Origin: an uncultured Thermoprotei archaeon
GTDB taxonomy: Archaea; Thermoproteota; Thermoprotei; Thermofilales; B15-G2
Direction of reading: 5' to 3'
Assembly (NCBI GenBank): GCA_965367815.1
Contig: CBDUKN010000001.1
Coordinates: 64,001-128,000, forward strand
DNA: 64,000 nt
In this document: positions 48,807 to 59,480 of the stretch, one piece after another
Layout: every line of letters starts with the position of its first letter
Position numbering within the stretch: the first letter of the stretch is position 1
Position numbers and translations under genes: made by a program
The notes under the pieces: generated by a model
The model's database searches: none
What the model was told of the DNA's origin: nothing
The model's input: only the letters and a program-made list of their open reading frames with translations

Positions 48807-49414
48807 TACCTAATCACCTCTACGCGAATAAGCCTAGCTATATCCAAAGGAATTCTAAGACTCTTATTTTCGTGAAAAACTTCAAGATAGTAAGCAGTCT
48901 TGCTTTTAACGAAGAGCCTAGAGCCTTTTGAAATACCGTGCTTAGAGAGGAACCTGAATAAAGACTTTAAGTCATTAAAAGCTACTACTCTACATGCGCT
49001 GTTTTCGCCAACGTCACTTAACTTTGTTCCCTCGATAGCGCTTCTGTGGGAAGCTTCAGGTACTTTAGCCTTAATTTTTTCTAAAAGGGAGTCAGGTATA
49101 TGCTCCAAGTAGTGTGCTATTGCATGAGCATCAGCATAATCTATTCCCAAAACCTCCATTAAGACTTCTTCGACAACCAGGTGTTTATCTATTAGCTTTC
49201 TGGCGGCTTCTTTACCTTTCTCAGTAAGCTTAATTTTCTTTTCTACAGTTTTCTTAACTAAACCCATTTTTTCAAGTTTTCTAATCATTTTAGATACAGT
49301 AGCTGGAGATACGCCTAGCTCTTTTGCCAGTCTACCTACTCTAGCGTATCCGTAAGCTTCTTCTAGTCTATATATTTCAGCTAAATAATCTTCAAGAGAG
49401 TTTTCTAAGTACAT
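48806..49414 (-). CDS. DtxR/MntR metal-dependent repressor with FeoA-like C-terminal domain
   Basis: EDYLAEIY, LGVSPATVSKM, AHYLEH; first gene of the feo operon. Confidence 0.88.
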   Translation of the reverse strand: MYLENSLEDYLAEIYRLEEAYGYARVGRLAKELGVSPATVSKMIRKLEKMGLVKKTVEKKIKLTEKGKEAARKLIDKHLVVEEVLMEVLGIDYADAHAIAHYLEHIPDSLLEKIKAKVPEASHRSAIEGTKLSDVGENSACRVVAFNDLKSLFRFLSKHGISKGSRLFVKSKTAYYLEVFHENKSLRIPLDIARLIRVEVIR

Positions 49415-49420
49415 TTCTAC

Positions 49421-49438
49421 TGTTAGACGTATCTAACA
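49421..49438. promoter_or_regulatory. Putative DtxR-family operator palindrome
   Basis: TGTTAGA-CGTA-TCTAACA lies between a TTTATAAA box (~49440-49447) and the dtxR ATG. Confidence 0.7.
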
Positions 49439-49521
49439 CTTTATAAAATTAGCGTCGCTTATTTTTACATGCCAGCGGAGATAACAAAATAGTTGAGACA
49501 GTATAGATATCTGTTGTCGGA

Positions 49522-50802
49522 CTAGACGGCAATGTATTTAAAGTATTTAAAGAGAAATTCCTTTGATTCTCTATAAGCATTGAATATTATTAAGTCGGGA
49601 CTAAGTACTGATATTTTCTCTACAGTCTCTACTACAAGGTCCTCTGATAAAACTTTGATGTTAGAAAATATTTCTTTAGAATATTTGTTTTCGAAGCACT
49701 TTTTACTACACGAGATAGCTGCGTAAAGTGGCTTATTTTCTACGTTTAGTTCAATGCAAGCTTCAGCTATTTCGCTTAAAGCTTCAATATCGAGTCCTTC
49801 TTCCTTAAGAACATTATATGGTTTGGTGTATTTGCTGTCTAGTCCTAAGAGCCTAAAGTATATTTTGGTCAAGAGGTCTTTATTTATGCCGCTTTTATCG
49901 CTTATTTCCTTTACTACGGGTAAGCCTTCCCATATTATCTGGTCGAAATAGAGTAGAGGTTCTATGAAGTCGACAATTATGCTGAAGTCTCTGTAGTCTT
50001 GACCTACTAGTATGCTCCACATAGGAGCCATGAGAGTTGCGCCGACGGCTAGTGAGGGTCCGCCAAGACTCTTAGCTAGCTTAGTGAGATAATATGTGTA
50101 CTCGCTAATTATTTCTCTATGTAGAGCTAGCCAGTCTGTAAGCGAGTGATAGTCGATTGTAGTGTAGACCCACTCGAAGAGCGAAGTTAATTGAGGAAAG
50201 TTGACTAAGATATCTACGTCTACTGAGACTACTTTTTCATACAGCTCAATTAGATCTGACTTAATGAGGTATAAGTTAAAGCCTCTTTCTTTGGCGTCTC
50301 TGCAGCACTCTTCGCAGAAACAAACAAGGTAATTTTCTAGTCCATAGAAAACACCACCGTATCTCAAAAAGTCGAGCAGAATACCGTCTACATCATATGT
50401 CTCTATGAGATTACGCATGTCGGCTTCGACTCTGTGTCTGACTTCGTTATTCACGGGGCAAGCCCACTCTCTATTCCTCTTGTTAAAGACTGTTACTGAA
50501 GCTAAGTCTATATTTTCGTCGAGCTGACTGAAGTGAAAGACTTTTAGCGGAGGTACTACCTTTAAACCGATACTCTGAGCGTCTCTAACAAGCTCTCTTA
50601 GCTTAATGATAAGGCTTCTTTTAACATGATGAGGCTTAATTCTAGTGTCTGTGTAATACTCTTCTACTCTAGGTAGGGGAAGACTGACATGAAGAACTTC
50701 TAGTCCTTTATCTGTGAGTTCGGCTAGTTCATCGAAATCATTCTCGAGATCGCTGTACGTCAGATAGAAGCCGTACTTCAAAGAGTTTTCACCACTTCGC
50801 AT
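49522..50802 (-). CDS. Glycoside-hydrolase-like TIM barrel protein (GHL10/DUF187-like)
   Basis: WACPVN, DVDGILLDFLRY, CFCEEC, GQDY, PLLY. Confidence 0.65.
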   Translation of the reverse strand: MRSGENSLKYGFYLTYSDLENDFDELAELTDKGLEVLHVSLPLPRVEEYYTDTRIKPHHVKRSLIIKLRELVRDAQSIGLKVVPPLKVFHFSQLDENIDLASVTVFNKRNREWACPVNNEVRHRVEADMRNLIETYDVDGILLDFLRYGGVFYGLENYLVCFCEECCRDAKERGFNLYLIKSDLIELYEKVVSVDVDILVNFPQLTSLFEWVYTTIDYHSLTDWLALHREIISEYTYYLTKLAKSLGGPSLAVGATLMAPMWSILVGQDYRDFSIIVDFIEPLLYFDQIIWEGLPVVKEISDKSGINKDLLTKIYFRLLGLDSKYTKPYNVLKEEGLDIEALSEIAEACIELNVENKPLYAAISCSKKCFENKYSKEIFSNIKVLSEDLVVETVEKISVLSPDLIIFNAYRESKEFLFKYFKYIAV

Positions 50803-51920
50803 AGTTTTTCTACAGTTTCGTGAAGTTTATTGGTGTAAATGAAGAAGTTTACTCCACTACAGCCGGCCTCGATTACTTTTTGAGCCGCAAAGACTACTTG
50901 AGGATCTTTAAGTATTATAATGGGCTCTACTCTACTGCTTTCAGCAAGTCTCAGGGCTTTAGTAGACTCTACGTGAATTGCTTCAAGAGGTAAACCTTTC
51001 TCAAATAAGTCTTCCAGCTTGAGTGGAGGACTCAAAGTATCTAAGCCGCACAGCCTATAGAGAAGGAGCAGTATATCCGAGACAGCACTACCCGAGAGCT
51101 CTGAAATATCTTTAGCGCAGACAGCTAACTCGTAGTTATAGCAGGCTACTCCCTCGCCGAGCCTATATATCATCGGCTGAAAAACATCTAAGTACCATGC
51201 TAGCCTCCTGTAGTCCTGTCCCACTAGTTTCGACAAAGTCGGAGTGAAGAGATAGGCTCCTAGCTCTAGCTTGGGGTCAATAGATTTCAGAAGATTTCTA
51301 GTTTCTTTAACATACTCGGCGATACATTCTGCCCTAAAGCTCAGCCACTCTAATACTCCCTCATAGTCTAGCAGAAAGTCTATAAGCATTGAGAAATCAT
51401 TTACTGTTTTCTTCAAGTATTCTATAAAACTAGGATTCTGTAGACTCTTATGCAGTCTCTCAACGTCTTTTTTCATTCTCCAGTAATTGTAGCCTAATTC
51501 CTCTGCCTTGTATTTGCAGTTCCTGCAGAAACATGTCATGAAAGCGTTAATGCCGCTTCCAGGCGAAGCGAATCTTATACCGTCAAGCGATATTCCATGT
51601 ATGTCGTACTTAGTGGCTATTTCCTTTAGTTTTTCTAGTCTTTCTTCTCTTAAAAGAGGGTTATTTGGGCACCCTGAGCTAAACCATACGTGTTTTCTTC
51701 CATAAGGATCTTCTGCAAGTAGACTAGGTTCTCCGCGTTTGTTGCTAATATCAAATGCTTTAAAGACTATAAAGACTTTGAACCCATGGTCTAAAGCGAG
51801 TTTAATGAGGTTTTCTTTCAGAGGTAAAGTTATATGAGTAAAACCTCCTCTACTAAGTAGATCTAAAGCTTTTTCAGGATTCTCTGAAGGCAAACCAAAC
51901 ATCCACAAAATTTTCTTCAC
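50778..51920 (-). CDS. Glycoside-hydrolase-like TIM barrel protein (paralogue)
   Basis: GCPNNP, GISLDGIRF, CFCRNC, GQDY, QPMIY. Confidence 0.65.
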   Translation of the reverse strand: MKKILWMFGLPSENPEKALDLLSRGGFTHITLPLKENLIKLALDHGFKVFIVFKAFDISNKRGEPSLLAEDPYGRKHVWFSSGCPNNPLLREERLEKLKEIATKYDIHGISLDGIRFASPGSGINAFMTCFCRNCKYKAEELGYNYWRMKKDVERLHKSLQNPSFIEYLKKTVNDFSMLIDFLLDYEGVLEWLSFRAECIAEYVKETRNLLKSIDPKLELGAYLFTPTLSKLVGQDYRRLAWYLDVFQPMIYRLGEGVACYNYELAVCAKDISELSGSAVSDILLLLYRLCGLDTLSPPLKLEDLFEKGLPLEAIHVESTKALRLAESSRVEPIIILKDPQVVFAAQKVIEAGCSGVNFFIYTNKLHETVEKLCEVVKTL

Positions 51921-51984
51921 ATAACTATTTCTGAAAACACTTTTAAAACACTTTTAGCTCACTTGAAGAGTATACGTGGTTGAT

Positions 51985-52719
51985 TCACTTCGTCAAAGTT
52001 AATTTCTCTTTTATAGTCTTTATTAATTCATCTCTACATGATTTTTGCTTAATTCTAGCTTCCTCTGAAACTTTTGCTATTACTGGCTTGATTTCACGTA
52101 CAAAATCTATTAACTCGGCGTCGTACCACTTCTTATAAAGACTTTTGAGAGCTTGAGCCGCGAGAACTACTGCTCTACCAACATTCGCGGCGTCTAACAG
52201 TACGTCTTCGTTTTCTAGCACGTCTCCCTTCTTATTGAAGTAAGCTAAAGCCCAGGGCGGTATAGCGAAGCCCATCGAGACTAGAGTCGCGTAAAGATTT
52301 GCTATTACCTGTATGCAGCCGCTGTCGTTTCCACACGCTATTACGCCGGCTACTCTTCCTTCAACCCAGCTCTTGCCGTCAATAAAGATCATGTTCTCAA
52401 AAGCAGTCAATCTATCGATAAAGGTCTTGACTACGCTAGACATGTTGAACCAATATATGGGCGTAGCAATTATTAAGGCATCTGCTTTCAGTACTTTGTC
52501 GTATAAAATCTTCATATCGTCTTCAATAGCGCAGGGATACCCGCAGGCAGTTTGTTCGTCGCAGAGACAGCCTTCGCAGGGCTTAATATCATAGTCGTAC
52601 AAGTGTACGAGCTCTGTTTCAGCACCCAGCTTTTCCGCCGTCTTTAGCGCGACCAACAACAGTTTAGCAGTATTACCATATTTACGCGGAGACCCATTAA
52701 TGCCGAGAACTTTCACCAT
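51985..52719 (-). CDS. Iron-sulfur flavoprotein / NADPH-dependent FMN reductase family
   Basis: GSPRKYGNT, CEGC...CGYPC.IEDDM, ATPIYW. Confidence 0.88.
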   Translation of the reverse strand: MVKVLGINGSPRKYGNTAKLLLVALKTAEKLGAETELVHLYDYDIKPCEGCLCDEQTACGYPCAIEDDMKILYDKVLKADALIIATPIYWFNMSSVVKTFIDRLTAFENMIFIDGKSWVEGRVAGVIACGNDSGCIQVIANLYATLVSMGFAIPPWALAYFNKKGDVLENEDVLLDAANVGRAVVLAAQALKSLYKKWYDAELIDFVREIKPVIAKVSEEARIKQKSCRDELIKTIKEKLTLTK

Positions 52720-52790
52720 ATTATCACCCCTAAAAAGCCTCTTTAGCAAATGAGCTACACAATATAAGTCTTACTAATGTAAATCTCCTC

Positions 52791-53417
52791 TTAAGTGCTA
52801 TGAGCATTCGAAGACCTCAACTTATATAGGAAGTAGACAATCACAACTAGAGCTCCTACGATAACAACGATATCCAGTAAATGAAAATATTTTTCTAAAA
52901 TAGTCCAAGAAGGCCCTAAGCAGTACCCAAGAAGAACTAAAGCAGTGTTCCACGGAATAGACCCGACTACTGTAAGTAGAATAAACTTACTGAGATTCAT
53001 TTTAAAAACTCCAGCCGGAAAAGAAATAACTGTGCGTACAGCAGGCATAAGTCTTCCAAAGAACACGGCGTAATCTCCGTACTTCGAGAAAAGCTTCTCC
53101 GCGTACTTTAGTTTATCTCGAGTTACTAGAAAATACTTACCGTATTTAAGAAGCATGGGCTTACCTACCTTTAATCCAAGGTAGTATGCTAGCAGAGACC
53201 CGAGAAGATTACCTAGTGTTCCGGCAATTACTGCTTCAACGACCATAATCACAGAACTATTAAGGTAGGCTACATAACCCGAATATGGCATTACAATTTC
53301 GCTAGGAATAGGCACTAAAGTGCTTTCAAGAGCCATAGTAGCAACAATCCCTAAAACCCAGTAACGTGAAATAAAGTAAACGAGGAATTCATGGAGTATT
53401 TTGACTAGGCTATGCAC
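52791..53417 (-). CDS. DedA family membrane protein
   Basis: LESTLVPIPSEIVMP, GRLMPAVRTVISFPAG. Confidence 0.92.
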   Translation of the reverse strand: MHSLVKILHEFLVYFISRYWVLGIVATMALESTLVPIPSEIVMPYSGYVAYLNSSVIMVVEAVIAGTLGNLLGSLLAYYLGLKVGKPMLLKYGKYFLVTRDKLKYAEKLFSKYGDYAVFFGRLMPAVRTVISFPAGVFKMNLSKFILLTVVGSIPWNTALVLLGYCLGPSWTILEKYFHLLDIVVIVGALVVIVYFLYKLRSSNAHST

Positions 53418-53464
53418 ACATTAATTGAGCTAACTGATTTATATTTCCAGCTCGCTAAAAAGAC

Positions 53465-54715
53465 ATGAGTCTTCCCACTATAAGAGGAGTCTTGTGGAGT
53501 CTCCCCTACTTAAGGAACGCTGTAACTAAAAGAGAGTCTAGCTGGGATCGAACAGGAGGCAATAGAGACTACATAACAATAAAGCCCGGAGACACAGCTA
53601 CACTAGCCAAAATCAAGGGACCGGGCGCAATAAGACACATATGGATAACGATTTCTTGTCCCGACAAATACTACTTGAGGAAAATTCTCCTGAGAATGTA
53701 CTGGGATCATGAGAATAAGCCTAGCGTTGAGTCACCTATAGGCGATTTCTTTGGAATGGGACACGGAATAACCAAACATTATATTTCACTTCCTTTGACC
53801 ATGACTTGCGACAAAGGCTTTAACTGCTATTTCCCTATGCCTTTCTTCGACTATGCCGAAATAGAGGTAGTAAATGAGTGCGATACTGAAGTCAGAGCAT
53901 TCTACTACCACATTGACTACGAGCTCTACGACAAGCTTGAAGATGAAATAGGACTGTTCCACGCAAAATGGCGGCGAGAAAAAACAGTAGCTCAGAAAAC
54001 TAAAGTGAACTTAACGGGAGAAAACAACTACCTCATACTCTATGCTGAAGGCAGAGGACACTACATAGGCTGTGTCCTAAGTGTACACGGCTTGAGACCC
54101 GGATGGTGGGGTGAAGGCGACGATATGATTTTCGTTGACGGCGAGAAATGGCCTCCGAGTCTCCATGGCACAGGAACAGAAGACTACTTCTGTTCAGCAT
54201 GGGGCTTTAACCGCGAATACTGGGGGCCCTACCACGGATTTCCCTTGTGGGGCAAGAGAAGTTGGCTAGGCTACCACACAATGTACCGCTTTCACTTAGA
54301 GGAGCCAGTAGTCTTCAAAAAATCCATTAAAGTTACCATTGAGCATGGTCATGCAAATGACCGCGCCGACGATATATCTAGTGTAGCTTACTGGTATCAG
54401 ACAGAGCCTCACATAGAGTTTACGACAATGCCTCCGCCCGAAGAGCGCATACCTCTTCCCGAAAGGAAGTCTAGCGAAGTACTTGAAGAAATTCTCAAAG
54501 AGGAGCTTAAGAAAGGTAAAGTAGAGGACTACGACCGATACTTCTACTACTTGTATATAGTACTTGAAGAGGAGCTTGGGTTAAGGGAGCCCGCTGCAAG
54601 TGTCCTCAGATTCATGTGGGATCTATTTGCGAAACTAGACAAGAGGCTGAAGAAAGAAGTCTTAGTAGACTTATACACTAAGGCTATTAGCATTCTAGAA
54701 GAGCGAGGAAAGTAG
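53465..54715 (+). CDS. GH172 (DUF2961) glycoside hydrolase
   Basis: SSWDRTGGNRD, PIGDFFG, WWGEGDDMIFVDGE, GTGTEDYF, IEHGHAN, SVAYWYQ. Confidence 0.88.
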   Translation: MSLPTIRGVLWSLPYLRNAVTKRESSWDRTGGNRDYITIKPGDTATLAKIKGPGAIRHIWITISCPDKYYLRKILLRMYWDHENKPSVESPIGDFFGMGHGITKHYISLPLTMTCDKGFNCYFPMPFFDYAEIEVVNECDTEVRAFYYHIDYELYDKLEDEIGLFHAKWRREKTVAQKTKVNLTGENNYLILYAEGRGHYIGCVLSVHGLRPGWWGEGDDMIFVDGEKWPPSLHGTGTEDYFCSAWGFNREYWGPYHGFPLWGKRSWLGYHTMYRFHLEEPVVFKKSIKVTIEHGHANDRADDISSVAYWYQTEPHIEFTTMPPPEERIPLPERKSSEVLEEILKEELKKGKVEDYDRYFYYLYIVLEEELGLREPAASVLRFMWDLFAKLDKRLKKEVLVDLYTKAISILEERGK

Positions 54716-54746
54716 TCTCGAGCTAATTTATTTATATTTTTTATTC

Positions 54747-55772
54747 GTGAGCATAGTTGTGAGGAAAGCTAAAGTTCTTGTCACTAGAGAAATACCTGAG
54801 CCCGGCCCCTCTATTATTAAAGAATACTGTGAAGCTGAATGGTGGACTCGCGAAGAACCTCCTCCCAAAGAGTGGATAATAGAACACATTAAAGATAAAG
54901 ATGGTCTTCTCTGCCTGCTTACAGATAAGATAGATAAAGAAGTAATGGATGCTGCGCCCAACCTCAAGGTAATAAGTACTTACAGCGTGGGCTATGATCA
55001 CATCGACGTAGAGGAGGCAACGCGCAGAGGAATATACGTAACAAACACGCCCGGCGTGCTCACCGAAACTGTCGCAGATCTAGTTTGGGCGCTGATACTG
55101 GCTGTAGCTAGAAGAGTAGTTGAGGCAGACAAGCTTGTTAGAAGCGGTGGATGGAAAGTAGGCTGGCACCCCTGTTTCATGCTGGGATACGATGTCTACG
55201 GAAAAACTCTCGGAATAGTAGGACTAGGCAGAATAGGTGCTGCGGTAGCTAGAAGAGCTAAAGGATTCGACATGAAGGTTATTTACTGGAGCCGCAGACG
55301 CAAACCAGACCTCGAGAAAGAACTTGGACTAGAGTATAGAGAGCTCGACGACCTGCTAAGAGAAGCAGACATAGTGAGCATAAATGTAGCGCTCACTAAG
55401 GATACATATCACTTGATAGATGAGAGAAGACTCAAGTTAATGAAGAAGACAGCTATACTCATTAACACTGCGAGAGGAGCTGTTGTAGACGAAAAAGCTC
55501 TCTACAAAGCACTTAAAGAAAAGTGGATAGCTGGAGCAGGACTAGATGTATTCGAGAAAGAGCCCATACCTCCAGACCACCCGTTCCTAAAGCTAGACAA
55601 CGTAGTTCTCACGCCGCATATCGGCAGCGCCAGCCACGAAACGAGATCGAAAATGGCTGAAATAGCTGCCAAAAACTTAGTGTGGGTCCTTAAAGGAGAG
55701 AAACCGCTCTACTTAGTTAACCCAGAAGTAGAGAAAATAAGACCTCTCGGTCAAGTCAAGGTAATCGAGTAG
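54747..55772 (+). CDS. gyaR: Glyoxylate reductase (D-2-hydroxyacid dehydrogenase)
   Basis: VGYDHID, VTNTPGVL, GLGRIG, INTARG, LDVFEKEP, PHIGSA. Confidence 0.88.
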   Translation: MSIVVRKAKVLVTREIPEPGPSIIKEYCEAEWWTREEPPPKEWIIEHIKDKDGLLCLLTDKIDKEVMDAAPNLKVISTYSVGYDHIDVEEATRRGIYVTNTPGVLTETVADLVWALILAVARRVVEADKLVRSGGWKVGWHPCFMLGYDVYGKTLGIVGLGRIGAAVARRAKGFDMKVIYWSRRRKPDLEKELGLEYRELDDLLREADIVSINVALTKDTYHLIDERRLKLMKKTAILINTARGAVVDEKALYKALKEKWIAGAGLDVFEKEPIPPDHPFLKLDNVVLTPHIGSASHETRSKMAEIAAKNLVWVLKGEKPLYLVNPEVEKIRPLGQVKVIE

Positions 55773-55777
55773 CCTCC

Positions 55778-57250
55778 ATGTATTCTCTTGGAGTAGACTT
55801 AGGTACAACTAAACTTAAAGTTCTTTTGCTCGACATAGAGTCCTTTAGAATTATTCGAGTCGTAGAAGGATACTATCGCACTTATAGACCTAAGCCGCAG
55901 TGGGCTGAACAAGACCCTGAGGACTGGTGGAGAGTACTAGCGGAATGCTTGAAGAAAGTACCGGGGAAAGACTTAGAGAAAGTAGTTTCAGTAGGAGTAG
56001 TTAGTCAGAGAGAAGGAATAGTATTCATAGATAAAAGTGGAGTGCCATTAGACCGTTGCGTTATATGGATGGATAGACGCTGTACCCAAGAATCTCTCGA
56101 AATAGAGAAAGAATATGGGCTAAAAGAGATATATTATAGAACGAGGCTGAGGCCAGATGCTACTTTCTCTTTTCCAAAACTTCTGTGGTTCAAAAAACAT
56201 AGTCCGGAAATTCTAGAGAAGGCTGAAGTATATCTTCAGCCTAAAGACTACCTTGTTTATAGACTGACAGGCGAGTATACTACAGACTATACCTTGGCTA
56301 GCAGAACAATGATGTTTGATATCAGCAAACTGAAGTGGATAGATGAGTTTTTCAGCAAATACGATATTCCAAACAAGTTTCCCCGGCTCTACTGGTCTAG
56401 TGAGCCTGTAGGAGAAGTAACAGAAAATGCTGCACGCGAGCTAGGTTTACCTAAAGGAGTACCCGTAGCTGCAGGCGCAGGTGATAGACCCGCCGAAAAT
56501 TTCGGAGCAGGCGCGGTAAAGGAGGGAATAGTTGTAGAGTCTACAGGCACGACGACTAGCGTAAATTCGGTTCTCTCTAAACCTCTCTTAGACCCTAACT
56601 GTAGAATAATTGTCTCAGTACACATGGCTCCCGGGCGCTGGCTACTAGATACAGGTCTCTCTTCAACAGGGTCTCTCTTAGAGTGGGTAATAGATAACAT
56701 GTTCAGGGACTTTAACAGAGACGAGTTTTTCGAGAAAATAGACCTAGAGGTGTCTAAAATTCCCCCAGGTTCTGAAGGAGTAAAGGTAATGCCTTTCTTC
56801 ATAGGTGCTAGAGCACCTTGGTGGAAGCCTGTAGCCAGAGGAGGACTAATAGGTTTGCTCTTAGGTCACTCGAGATGGCACATAGTTAGAGCGTTAATGG
56901 AGGCTATAGCCTATGAAGTTAAATTAGTACTAGATATCGTTGAGAGCCTTGGAGTTAAAGTAAGTGAAGTTCGCTGTATTGGAGGAGGAGCTCGTAGCAA
57001 GGAGTGGCTTAAAATAAAGTCAGCGGTCTACGGAAAGAAAATAGCCGTACCTGAAGCCGAGCACGCGGCAGCATTGACAGCCGCTGTTTTAGGAGCTAAA
57101 GCAGCCGGTTTGATAAGTAGCCTCGAAGAATATCTCTCGAAAGTACAGTTAAAGTCATTAATGTCTCCTAGCGCAGACTTAGCTAAAGAATATAGACGCC
57201 TTTACTTAGAGTACTGTGAAATAGCAAAAAAATTCCTAAAATTTTTCTAA
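55778..57250 (+). CDS. FGGY carbohydrate kinase (xylulokinase-like)
   Basis: GVDLGTT, EQDPEDWW, WMDRR, GAGD, IGGGARS. Confidence 0.9.
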   Translation: MYSLGVDLGTTKLKVLLLDIESFRIIRVVEGYYRTYRPKPQWAEQDPEDWWRVLAECLKKVPGKDLEKVVSVGVVSQREGIVFIDKSGVPLDRCVIWMDRRCTQESLEIEKEYGLKEIYYRTRLRPDATFSFPKLLWFKKHSPEILEKAEVYLQPKDYLVYRLTGEYTTDYTLASRTMMFDISKLKWIDEFFSKYDIPNKFPRLYWSSEPVGEVTENAARELGLPKGVPVAAGAGDRPAENFGAGAVKEGIVVESTGTTTSVNSVLSKPLLDPNCRIIVSVHMAPGRWLLDTGLSSTGSLLEWVIDNMFRDFNRDEFFEKIDLEVSKIPPGSEGVKVMPFFIGARAPWWKPVARGGLIGLLLGHSRWHIVRALMEAIAYEVKLVLDIVESLGVKVSEVRCIGGGARSKEWLKIKSAVYGKKIAVPEAEHAAALTAAVLGAKAAGLISSLEEYLSKVQLKSLMSPSADLAKEYRRLYLEYCEIAKKFLKFF

Positions 57251-57269
57251 AACCTAAAGTTTAATAGTT

Positions 57270-58070
57270 TTGTCGAATTATTTGCTTGTGCTCACTCAAT
57301 ACGATTTAATTATAGTAGATTTAGACGGCGTACTTTGGCGAGGTAAGGAGGTAATAGAAGGAGCAGTTGAGGCGGTCAACAAGCTAATGAAAACGAGTAA
57401 AGTCGTTTTCGCTACTAACAATTCTTCTAAGAGTCGCGAACAGTACTTAGAGAGACTTAGAGAAATTGGTGTTCACGCGTCTTTAGAGAATATTTTTACA
57501 AGCGCGTATGCTACAGCAGTTTTTCTTGAAAAAAAGAATCTGAGAAAAGTATATGTTGTCGGCGAAGCAGGACTCTTCTATGAGTTATCGCGTAAAGGAC
57601 TTCTAGTAGTAAATGAAGAACAGTGCTTTACAGGAAAAGTCGACGTAGTTATAGTAGGCATAGACAGGAACATAACTTACCTCAAGTTATCTGCAGCAGC
57701 TAATGCTATTAGGAAGGGAGCGCTCTTCGTGCTAACAAATCCTGACACAACATTACCTGTAGAAAACAGGCTAGATCCGGGAGCAGGGGCAATAGCGGCT
57801 GCAGTGGAAGTAGCTTCAGCTAAAAAACCGGATTACATTATAGGCAAGCCGAGTCCTCTTTTTTACGAAATTATATGTAGTGAAGTAGGTGAATACAAGA
57901 AAGTGCTCGTAGTAGGCGACAGACTAGACACTGATGTAATGTTTGCTAAGAACATAGGTGCCGATTCTCTTCTTGTTTTAACAGGAGCTACTCGTATGAA
58001 AGATTTGAAAGAGTCAAGTTTAAAGCCTACCTATGTATTAGATTCATTGGTACAGATTCTTGAAATGTGA
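57270..58070 (+). CDS. HAD-IIA (NagD-like) sugar phosphatase
   Basis: DLDGVLW, TNNS, TNPD, GKPS, VGDRLDTD. Confidence 0.9.
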   Translation: MSNYLLVLTQYDLIIVDLDGVLWRGKEVIEGAVEAVNKLMKTSKVVFATNNSSKSREQYLERLREIGVHASLENIFTSAYATAVFLEKKNLRKVYVVGEAGLFYELSRKGLLVVNEEQCFTGKVDVVIVGIDRNITYLKLSAAANAIRKGALFVLTNPDTTLPVENRLDPGAGAIAAAVEVASAKKPDYIIGKPSPLFYEIICSEVGEYKKVLVVGDRLDTDVMFAKNIGADSLLVLTGATRMKDLKESSLKPTYVLDSLVQILEM

Positions 58071-58120
58071 TAGGTGGGGGGAGGGTCTGAGACTCCATGA
58101 TGAAGAGCTCCGCGTCATAT
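58064..58120 (+). ncRNA. Degenerate box C/D sRNA candidate overlapping the HAD stop codon
   Basis: GUGAUAG (C-like) - GUGGGGGGAGGGU - CUGA - GACUCC - AUGAUGA - AGAGCUCCGCGU - CAUA (non-consensus D). Confidence 0.4.
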
Positions 58121-59480
58121 TTTTTAAGTATCTTCTTTAACGGTTGAAGGTCTTTAATTAATTTCTTTTTGCAAGCTTTTATTAAGCACATGGTATTATA
58201 TGGAAAAATGATTTCTACAGCTTGCATCCTTAAGCGAGCGAAGAAGTCTCTTTAAAATTAAAGAAACCTTTATCGAGATAAGCCAGTTCAAAGTCTTTTC
58301 TTTTTGCTTTCCATCATGTTTCTAGTCTTCTTGACGAATTCTTTGTTTAGTCTACTTCAGGTTTATGTAGCTTTGCTATAAAGAGGTTAACATATATGAA
58401 GCCTACATTGTCTTTGTCTATGAGTTGCGAGTACTTCAAGTATCAGTCAATGTCCTCTACTAGAGATTCATAGTGTACTCTAAGTAAAAACATTGACTTA
58501 GAGATTTACATTCGCACATTCCATGCATTTTTATTCTTCTTCACAAGTCTCGTGAGGCGAAGAATCATTTAGTACTACTCCAATAGCACTGCCTTTGAGT
58601 ATTTCAGGTAGTAGCGATAGTCCTTGGACTCTCTTTCTGTTTGCTTTTCACTTAGCTTACAAAACTTGACTTGTCTGCATATACTTAAAGTAAATCACTC
58701 ATGACAACAATCATTGATAGTAGAGGCTTAGTGCTTTCCCTAAGAGATTACAATAGGAGAAGACCAGTTGGTGCCTCAGAGAGAAATATCTATGGTTTCT
58801 TAGAGAAAACAGAGAAAGAACTCGAAAAAGAACTACCAGTTAATTTATTTTCGTTAAGGAGCTTCAATCTGAAGGGCATAGATTAGGAGTATCTATACAG
58901 CCCTCTATAGGCTTAGAAAATTCCCTTATTCCTAAAAAGCTGTAAGAGAGAACTCTCCATCTCAGAACTTATATGCATAAAACACTTCTTGGCCTTATTA
59001 TCAAATAAGTCTACTTAACATAGGATAGTGGCTAAAGGCTAACTCTAACTTCTCTTATAGCTATGTTCTTCATAAATTTCTAAAGCTAATTCTATTTATG
59101 GGCTTATAACTAATCATCATATACTATTTGCTATTAGAAATATCATAAGCCTAACTCTAGCTATAAAATCTAGGAAGTATTGCTTTGCCTGTAAGGATTA
59201 TTCACTACGATTTTATTGTTAATTATGACTCTTTGTAGCCAGAAGAGGGCTTAGTTACCTCCTGAACTTAAAGTTTATACTTGTGCTTTAAATATAACTT
59301 TAGCGTAGCTAAGAAATCTCGAGAAACACTATAATAACGATATATCAACATATAGTACATTTTCTTAAAAATTCTCTAAATATTAGGCGATGAAAAAGGA
59401 AGGTCCCTTGCTTGACATAACATACACTATTTTATCTATATGCACGTTCAACTATCTCTAAGGCCTTACCGCTTTTAAGA

